20,000 nt of DNA from an uncultured virus (IMG/VR IMGVR_UViG_3300028569_000032). Taxonomy: Duplodnaviria; Heunggongvirae; Uroviricota; Caudoviricetes. The first letter of the stretch is position 1; each line of letters begins with the position of its first letter. The DNA is taken from IMG/VR virus record IMGVR_UViG_3300028569_000032; one strand, given 5' to 3'. Both the position numbers and the translations under genes were made by a program. Under the pieces are notes generated by a model. That model was not told the origin of the DNA and ran no database searches. It worked only from the letters and a program-made list of their open reading frames with translations. This document shows, piece by piece, positions 14,482 to 20,000 of the stretch.

Positions 14482-15269
14482 ATTGCATCTTTTACAGAAA
14501 GATAATAATCATTAAAAGTTTGTGACATTTGCCATTCAGGAAATTCTCCCTTGAACTGATTTAGAGGCAATCTGCATGTAATTTCTGGTTTTCTAAAAAA
14601 TGGTTCGACTACACTTTTAATGACATCTTCTTTTACTCTCTTCATGTTACAGCTTTCAAACCAAGCTTTATGTGTAAGGAGAGGAAGGTAATATTTATAG
14701 CAATATTCTGGTTCTATTCCCATAAGTCTGATTTCTTCTTCTGTGAAAACAAGATGAACCCAAGCTTTGTTGAGTGTTCTGTATAAATGTCCTCCATGTC
14801 TGCTCATCCAAGTGTGACAACGAGTAAAAATTTCTGTATTTGGATGACAAAGTTTTAGCACATTTTTCAAAGTTTCTTTAGGATTATTAGTATGATCGAG
14901 AACATCGTAAATAACAATGAAGTCGTAAGGTCCTTTTTGAATTGCGACATCTAAATTAGTGGTAAGTAAAGGGCTGTTTGATTCCCACTGATGAATCCCT
15001 GATTGCTTTATATCATATCCAACTGAAAGATGAGCTTTCTTTGATGCTTGTATTACCAAATGTCCTTCACCACAACCAAAATCGCATATCTTTTTATCTT
15101 TTAATTCAAAATTCAAATAGTCAAGAATACCTTCTGCTCTTTCAAATTTATCTTCTTCTGTTTCTGAACAAATCAAGAAAGGAGCAACTGCTTCTGGCCA
15201 TTCAGGACTTTCCAAAAGATCAACAAGATATTGGGCGCTAGGTTGAAATTTTGATTTATCTATTTGCAT
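14478..15269 (-). CDS. class I SAM-dependent methyltransferase (263 aa)
   Basis: ICDFGCGEG, VGYDI and YDFIVIYDVLDH motifs; start moved to ATG 15269 (GAGG RBS, TAAATA at 15287-15292). Confidence 0.85.
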   Translation of the reverse strand: MQIDKSKFQPSAQYLVDLLESPEWPEAVAPFLICSETEEDKFERAEGILDYLNFELKDKKICDFGCGEGHLVIQASKKAHLSVGYDIKQSGIHQWESNSPLLTTNLDVAIQKGPYDFIVIYDVLDHTNNPKETLKNVLKLCHPNTEIFTRCHTWMSRHGGHLYRTLNKAWVHLVFTEEEIRLMGIEPEYCYKYYLPLLTHKAWFESCNMKRVKEDVIKSVVEPFFRKPEITCRLPLNQFKGEFPEWQMSQTFNDYYLSVKDAI

Positions 15270-15306
15270 TTTTTGTCCCTCAATACTATTTAAGTTCTTG
15301 GCAAAC

Positions 15307-15338
15307 AAAAAAACCGCCCAAAAATTGGACGGCTTTTT
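15307..15338 (-). terminator. rho-independent terminator
   Basis: Minus strand reads GCCGTCCAA-TTT-TTGGGCGGT followed by a T-run, after stop 15358. Confidence 0.75.
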
Positions 15339-15357
15339 CAAAATAAATTAAATTAAT

Positions 15358-15630
15358 TTATTTTTTATCTCTAGTTGTCGCCCAGTTGAAAACTTCCTCA
15401 ATATCATCTTTGCTAGTAGAAACATGATCGCTGACCCAATCATGACCATTATCAATCATCTCATCGAGATCATGTGGATTCATCCTGAGCAAAAATTCAC
15501 ACTTTTGCACAATAGTTTTTAGATTGGAAAAAAACATATAATGTTTAATTCCATCTGATTCTTTGGCCTCATTGATCTGATTTTCAGAAATAACACCAGA
15601 AAGATAGAGAATTTCTTTTTTATTGTTCAT
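15358..15630 (-). CDS. hypothetical protein (90 aa)
   Basis: ORF 11 nt after the upstream stop; HYMFFSNL...GHDWVSDHV; N-terminal ISE and INE|A sites. Confidence 0.75.
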   Translation of the reverse strand: MNNKKEILYLSGVISENQINEAKESDGIKHYMFFSNLKTIVQKCEFLLRMNPHDLDEMIDNGHDWVSDHVSTSKDDIEEVFNWATTRDKK

Positions 15631-15641
15631 TTTCTGCCTTA

Positions 15642-16652
15642 TTACATCATAGGAGGAGCAGGAGGAGCAGGTTGTCTTCCTTGTGGAGGAGCAGGCTGTC
15701 TTCCTTGTGGAGGAGCAGGCTGTCTTCCTTGTGGAGGAGCAGTTGCCATTCCTACTGGAGGCATTAGAGCGTTGTCATCAGTTGGAGGAGATGAGGCACC
15801 ACCCATATCTGAGTCGCCAGTATTATCATCGCCTACATTAGATGCAGCCATATCGGCACCACCCATATCGGCACCACCCATATCGGCACCACCCATATCG
15901 GCACCACCCATATCAGCACCACCCATATCGGCACCACCAGCATCTGGTCCGGCCACGTCTAAGTCGCCAGTATTATCATTGCCCATATCAGGCGCAGCCA
16001 TGTCGTCGCCACCAGCATCTGGCCCACCCATATCTGAGTCATCTTCTAAAGAAGGTTCATTTTTATCATCTTTTTTGTGATGACCACCAAACAATGCGTC
16101 AAGAACATCATCCGCTGCATTCTTAATTCGATCGACGACAAACTTTGCAAATTTCTTTCCAATTACACCATGAGAATGATCATTTTTATGGTGAGAAGGA
16201 TCGTTTTGCAATCCAATAAGCTGATCTGCAAAATCAGTGTTAAGAATCATATGCAGGGCATGAAGAACATCAACATCTGTCATGTGATGCATTATGCTAT
16301 CATGTGTGAATAATTGCTGCAAATCTTTTAGGTCTTTAAGATCATGATTATAAGCACGACGAAGATTGCTTTGAATTCCAGACTTGCTTCTAGAAGTATT
16401 GAGCATAGCAGCGCCAATAAGCTTTAAGGCCTTAGATCCTTTATTGTGAGAATCGACCCAACCTTCAAGCTTCTTCTTAATGCTGGCAAGGTATTTAATT
16501 GAACGAGCTTTTTCCTCAAGCTCATCTTCCTTGCGCTTCTCATCATGTGCTGCTTTCAGGGCATCCATGTCGTCTTCAGCCATTTTCTCTTTTGACATTG
16601 CCTCAACGAGTCTTCTATCACGATAAGACAACCAATTTTCAAAATTTAACAT
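15642..16652 (-). CDS. hypothetical protein with low-complexity repeat tail (336 aa)
   Basis: Start probably ATG 16652 (GGAG RBS; TAAATA at 16675-16680); C-terminal MGGAD and QGRQPAPP repeats. Confidence 0.75.
   Translation of the reverse strand: MLNFENWLSYRDRRLVEAMSKEKMAEDDMDALKAAHDEKRKEDELEEKARSIKYLASIKKKLEGWVDSHNKGSKALKLIGAAMLNTSRSKSGIQSNLRRAYNHDLKDLKDLQQLFTHDSIMHHMTDVDVLHALHMILNTDFADQLIGLQNDPSHHKNDHSHGVIGKKFAKFVVDRIKNAADDVLDALFGGHHKKDDKNEPSLEDDSDMGGPDAGGDDMAAPDMGNDNTGDLDVAGPDAGGADMGGADMGGADMGGADMGGADMGGADMAASNVGDDNTGDSDMGGASSPPTDDNALMPPVGMATAPPQGRQPAPPQGRQPAPPQGRQPAPPAPPMM
15661..15742. repeat. 24-bp coding tandem repeat x3.4 (PPQGRQPA)
   Basis: Units GGAGGAGCAGGYTGTCTTCCTTGT at 15661, 15685 and 15709, partial at 15733. 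Confidence 0.95.
15848..15937. repeat. 15-bp coding tandem repeat x6 (GGADM)
   Basis: CCATATCRGCACCAC x6, with a single substitution in unit 5. Confidence 0.95.
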
Positions 16653-16690
16653 AATTTTCTCCATAACTTATTGATATTTAGAGCAATAAG

Positions 16691-17086
16691 TTATTTTTTT
16701 TGATCATTAATTTCTGTTTCTTTAGCCTTATGCTTTTTTTGACAAACATAACAACGCTGATTGCCAATTTCTGATTTATTTAGGACTGGAACTTCATTTA
16801 CACAACCTTTCTCAAGACAAATTCCAATTTTATTCTTTTCATTTGAAATTTTTTCATCAAGTTCCATTTCAAGAATACATCTATATCCTTTTTCAAAAAA
16901 AGGTAACATCTCACTTATTCTTTGCATGCCATGACATATGATGACTTCAGGAGCATCCATTTCAACAAATTTGATTATCCTCTGACATCTTGCTAAAAGT
17001 TTATTCCTTGCTTCTTTTTCATGTTCTGTCTTGCTCATGGTAAACTTCTCACTTGATTGGTTTTCGACAGCATCCATTGCTGTCAC
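16691..17086 (-). CDS. hypothetical protein with C-terminal Cys motifs
   Basis: ORF 131 aa; CLEKGC...CYVC; start codon uncertain. Confidence 0.6.
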   Translation of the reverse strand: MTAMDAVENQSSEKFTMSKTEHEKEARNKLLARCQRIIKFVEMDAPEVIICHGMQRISEMLPFFEKGYRCILEMELDEKISNEKNKIGICLEKGCVNEVPVLNKSEIGNQRCYVCQKKHKAKETEINDQKK

Positions 17087-17125
17087 TTCCTCATTTTATC
17101 TTGAAATTTGTCAAAATTAAACGTC

Positions 17126-17154
17126 TTTACAAGTTTTTGTTCCAGAAGTAGAAT
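17126..17154 (+). promoter_or_regulatory. sigma70-like promoter
   Basis: TTTACA-17nt-TAGAAT followed by AGGAGG RBS and ATG 17171. Confidence 0.7.
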
Positions 17155-17170
17155 TGATTAGGAGGAAAAA

Positions 17171-17452
17171 ATGGAAAAGTTCATTACATGCAAGTGTGGA
17201 AGTCCAGATCACATAGTCCGCCTCTCCATGAATACATGGGAAAAGGATGGGAAAATTTGCGATCTAGATGTTTCAATCAATATCTATCTAAATCCAGAAG
17301 CATCATTCTTTAGAAGAATATGGATTGCAATAAAATATATCTTTGGACATCAAGTCTTTTCTTTTGATGAAATTTTGCTTGATGGTGAAAAAACTGAGAC
17401 GATAATTGATTTTCTGAAAGAAACAGAACTGTTAAGGAAAAGTCTTGATTAG
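17171..17452 (+). CDS. hypothetical protein (93 aa)
   Basis: AGGAGG RBS; CKC...H motif and amphipathic SFFRRIWIAIKYIFG. Confidence 0.75.
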   Translation: MEKFITCKCGSPDHIVRLSMNTWEKDGKICDLDVSINIYLNPEASFFRRIWIAIKYIFGHQVFSFDEILLDGEKTETIIDFLKETELLRKSLD

Positions 17453-17466
17453 ATATTGGAGGAAAA

Positions 17467-17649
17467 ATGAGTGAAGTTTCAGACTTTTATGAAAACAATC
17501 AACATCTTTTTGACGATGCTATAAAAATGCGTGAATCAGGTAATGAAAAAGAAGCAAATTTAATTTTTCATCTATTGCATCAGATCGTTGATAAATGTAA
17601 AATAATTGATGAGTTGAGAAATGAAACAAAGTATCGGTGGACCAAGTAA
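17467..17649 (+). CDS. hypothetical protein (60 aa)
   Basis: GGAGG RBS; stop overlaps the next ATG (TAATG). Confidence 0.7.
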   Translation: MSEVSDFYENNQHLFDDAIKMRESGNEKEANLIFHLLHQIVDKCKIIDELRNETKYRWTK

Positions 17650-18077
17650 TGTCAACGAAATGTAGCATGTATTGGGATGGAGTCATTCATATTTATCAAG
17701 AATGTTTTGATGAAGAAAACATTATCATAGAAAGATTAGATCCCAAACTATCCATCAAGATGGAACTAGATCTTACGCAAGTAATTAGTTTAACTCGTTG
17801 CTTCGATTATGAATCGATGAAAAAGCAAGCATATCTTACAGATGATTATATCATTGATCATGTCACATCAACAGTTAATGCAAGGACTCCAGATCCAATA
17901 AGCAGGATGTCTGGAATGTTAATCTATGGCGATGTTGATGAACCAAAAGATAATCAAATAAAAAATGGAATTAAACATTACACTGAAAAAAGAAACTTCT
18001 TGAAAAAAATTGTAGATGAGATAGAATCCACGAGAAGAAACTGGGCATTTAATTTCGGCTTAGAAGAAATAATATAA
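17649..18077 (+). CDS. hypothetical protein (142 aa)
   Basis: Start moved to ATG 17649 (TAATG translational coupling); begins MSTKCSMYW. Confidence 0.7.
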   Translation: MSTKCSMYWDGVIHIYQECFDEENIIIERLDPKLSIKMELDLTQVISLTRCFDYESMKKQAYLTDDYIIDHVTSTVNARTPDPISRMSGMLIYGDVDEPKDNQIKNGIKHYTEKRNFLKKIVDEIESTRRNWAFNFGLEEII

Positions 18078-18089
18078 AAGGAGTTTGAT

Positions 18090-18941
18090 ATGATCAGCAG
18101 GATGCATGACGATATCAAAAAACTTGTCGATTTCGAGAAACTTAAAAAATGCAATGATATTTGTCATAAATGGTCAGAAAGATTTGGTATTGGCAAAAGA
18201 GATTACATGAGATTCATGTATGGCATTTTCAAAAATCCTGAATCAGTTAAAAATCAACTTGAATCAAAATACAGATCACAGTTCACAAAAGACTGTAAAG
18301 TAATGTTTTACGCAGCTGAAATTGAAGATACTCTTATAAGACAATATCATGCCATGATATTCAATATCATGAGGAAATTCAGGATTAATCAGAATGATTT
18401 TGATGAATACATCACAGACGGCTTCATGGCAATTCGTGCTGCTACTTGGCAATATAGAACATATAAAATAAAAGCATCATTCACAACTTATGCCCATAGG
18501 GCAATATTCATGAGGATTAAAGGTAAACTTTGTAAAGAGAAAGAAAAAAGAGATCGTCGTCATGGTTTGAAAATAAACTTTGAAAGTGATTATGAAGAAG
18601 AATGTTTCAGCATTGATAACCACATTAATTGCAAACAATATTCTGATTCTGAACGAGATCTTGAGGCAGATATAGAAAGTGTTATTTCTGAGAGTAAATT
18701 AACTGATCAGGAAGCGATGATGCTTCGCAGTTTTGCGAATCATAAGCTGGACACAGGAAGATGGTATGATGAATATAGAAAAAAATATATAAATGAAAAA
18801 ATTGGTCAGCCTTTCAGCAGACAATCAATTTATAATCAACTTGAACTTCTTCATACTAAACTTTTCAAATTCTTTAGAAGAAACGATATGTTGCCAGAAA
18901 AATTTAATTTATCAACAATTAAAAGAGGAAGGCTAATGTAG
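18090..18941 (+). CDS. divergent sigma70-family RNA polymerase sigma factor (283 aa)
   Basis: Region 2-like FDEYITDGFMAIRAATWQY...ASFTTYAHRAIFMRI; region 4-like LTDQEAMML...FSRQSIYNQL; AAGGAG RBS. Confidence 0.75.
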   Translation: MISRMHDDIKKLVDFEKLKKCNDICHKWSERFGIGKRDYMRFMYGIFKNPESVKNQLESKYRSQFTKDCKVMFYAAEIEDTLIRQYHAMIFNIMRKFRINQNDFDEYITDGFMAIRAATWQYRTYKIKASFTTYAHRAIFMRIKGKLCKEKEKRDRRHGLKINFESDYEEECFSIDNHINCKQYSDSERDLEADIESVISESKLTDQEAMMLRSFANHKLDTGRWYDEYRKKYINEKIGQPFSRQSIYNQLELLHTKLFKFFRRNDMLPEKFNLSTIKRGRLM

Positions 18942-18944
18942 TTC

Positions 18945-19670
18945 TTAGTCAAGACCTAGTTCATGATCTTCGATATTCTTGATGTAATCTGAGAACTTCT
19001 CAATAAGTCCTCTATTCCTTAGTTCTTTGAAAGCTAAGTTTTCTAAACTGAATTCTCCTCCCTTCTGAAGAGATAGTCCACGAAGGGAGCGAATTTTTTC
19101 CTTATAAGCTTTCATCTGTGTAACTTTATTGCCTTTATTCTTCATGAACTTTTCCATGTTGCTTGCCATTTCCTTAATCTTCTTTTGAAGATAAGGATCT
19201 TTGTAATCAACTTTTACTTTCTTTGGGTCTTTGATCCATTTATTTTGCATTAAACTGAAAACACCTTGATCGCTACTTGACTTATCGTCAGTTCCTTGAG
19301 CATAAAGCTCAACAGGATAGCCCTTAACCTTAATATCATGAGTCAAAGAGCAAAGTGCCTTCTTGTCAGAAAGATAATCATCCATTATTTCTGGACTACA
19401 AACTTTAAGTTTCTTCTTGTCAACTACCAAATGAACATCAATATCAGATAATTTTGTGTAATTAAAGTTTGCATTTCCTCCAGTAAAAACAATATCTTTG
19501 ATGGCTTCTTTGGGTATTTTGGCAAAATTACGAAAAAATTCAGCTATTTTTAGAAGATGTTTTCTTACTTCCTGATCCAAATTATTATTCTTCCATAATT
19601 TGGGGTTTAACTCGTCATGATATTGAAGAGTTATCTCTTGCTCGACTAAAAAAGAAAGAAAACTTTGCAT
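18945..19670 (-). CDS. Pol-beta superfamily nucleotidyltransferase
   Basis: FTGGNANFNYTKLSDIDVHLV (hG[GS]x9-13DhDh), probable third carboxylate in PVELY, and C-terminal GEFSLENLAFKELR. Confidence 0.8.
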   Translation of the reverse strand: MQSFLSFLVEQEITLQYHDELNPKLWKNNNLDQEVRKHLLKIAEFFRNFAKIPKEAIKDIVFTGGNANFNYTKLSDIDVHLVVDKKKLKVCSPEIMDDYLSDKKALCSLTHDIKVKGYPVELYAQGTDDKSSSDQGVFSLMQNKWIKDPKKVKVDYKDPYLQKKIKEMASNMEKFMKNKGNKVTQMKAYKEKIRSLRGLSLQKGGEFSLENLAFKELRNRGLIEKFSDYIKNIEDHELGLD

Positions 19671-19676
19671 AATGTA

Positions 19677-19682
19677 TATTTA
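19677..19682 (-). promoter_or_regulatory. TAAATA late-promoter-like motif (leaderless transcript)
   Basis: Minus strand reads TAAATA-TACATT-ATG; no RBS. Confidence 0.45.
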
Positions 19683-19762
19683 CACCTAAAAAATAAATCT
19701 AAGTTCAAAAAAAATAAAAATGATGAGTAAATATATCAATCCGTAATTTTATAAGGAATACA

Positions 19763-20000
19763 ATGCAAAGATATTCAGATTTTTTAGAACATAGAACAAA
19801 CTTTGATTTAATCAGCGAAGGATCAATGATTGATGAAAATTTATTGGATGAAGGAATTTTCGGTGATGCAATGAGAGGAATTGGCAAAGCCTTCGGATAT
19901 GGAAATAGAGCAAAAAAACGAGACCAAACAATAGACTGGGACGAAGCCGGACGATTAGCAAGAGAAAGAGAAGCTAGAAGTGTAGGTGGAGGTGGAACAG
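19763..20000 (+). CDS. hypothetical protein, truncated at window edge
   Basis: Not in ORF track. AAGGA RBS, ATG 19763, MQRYSDFLEHRTNFDLISEGSMIDENLLDEGIFGDAMRGIGKAFG..., open to the end; TAAATA at 19728-19733. Confidence 0.7.
   Translation, partial: MQRYSDFLEHRTNFDLISEGSMIDENLLDEGIFGDAMRGIGKAFGYGNRAKKRDQTIDWDEAGRLAREREARSVGGGGT

Noticed and set aside
15772..16313. Plus-strand ORFs with ISAPP or HHPYR repeats
   Set aside because: Antisense readings of the 15-bp coding repeat.
18945..19670. CBASS CD-NTase or MNT-HEPN toxin-antitoxin system
   Set aside because: There is no adjacent effector or HEPN gene; only the generic Pol-beta motif is supported.
852..19887. Remaining short ORF-track entries lying opposite or inside called genes (e.g. 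852, 1066, 3204, 5178, 6062, 6557, 10608, 10902, 11206, 11334, 13169, 13814, 14978, 19705)
   Set aside because: They overlap better-supported genes and lack RBS or motif support; 19705..19887 is antisense to the edge ORF starting at 19763.
1..20000. Stop-codon reassignment, as in some huge phages
   Set aside because: Standard code 11 gives dense, intact genes, and TAA, TAG and TGA all end plausible proteins.

Overview
AT-rich, gene-dense window that most resembles a large ('jumbo/huge') T4-like dsDNA phage. This is an inference from the gene content and TAAATA late-promoter-like motifs; no capsid or terminase gene is present to prove it. Recognisable products are a HARP/SNF2-type helicase, UV-damage endonuclease UvsE, two divergent paralogous sigma70-like factors, an acyl carrier protein, a protein-kinase-fold enzyme, two HAD phosphatases, a Pol-beta-type nucleotidyltransferase, a SAM methyltransferase, a sulfotransferase-fold protein and many small hypotheticals. 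Four signals stand out. (1) Five unrelated genes combine a TA(A/T)ATA promoter-like motif with an N-terminus resembling the T4 internal-protein capsid-targeting sequence, suggesting virion-packaged enzyme cargo (kinase, phosphatase, nucleotidyltransferase). (2) An identical 17-bp palindromic element lies 4 bp upstream of that motif in both genes of the adjacent phosphatase-kinase pair. (3) A 31-bp intergenic motif occurs in three copies upstream of the helicase and one sigma gene. (4) Three highly diverged paralogues lie in tandem. Several ORF-track starts were moved to better RBS-supported codons. All product calls come from motifs read by eye, not from database searches.
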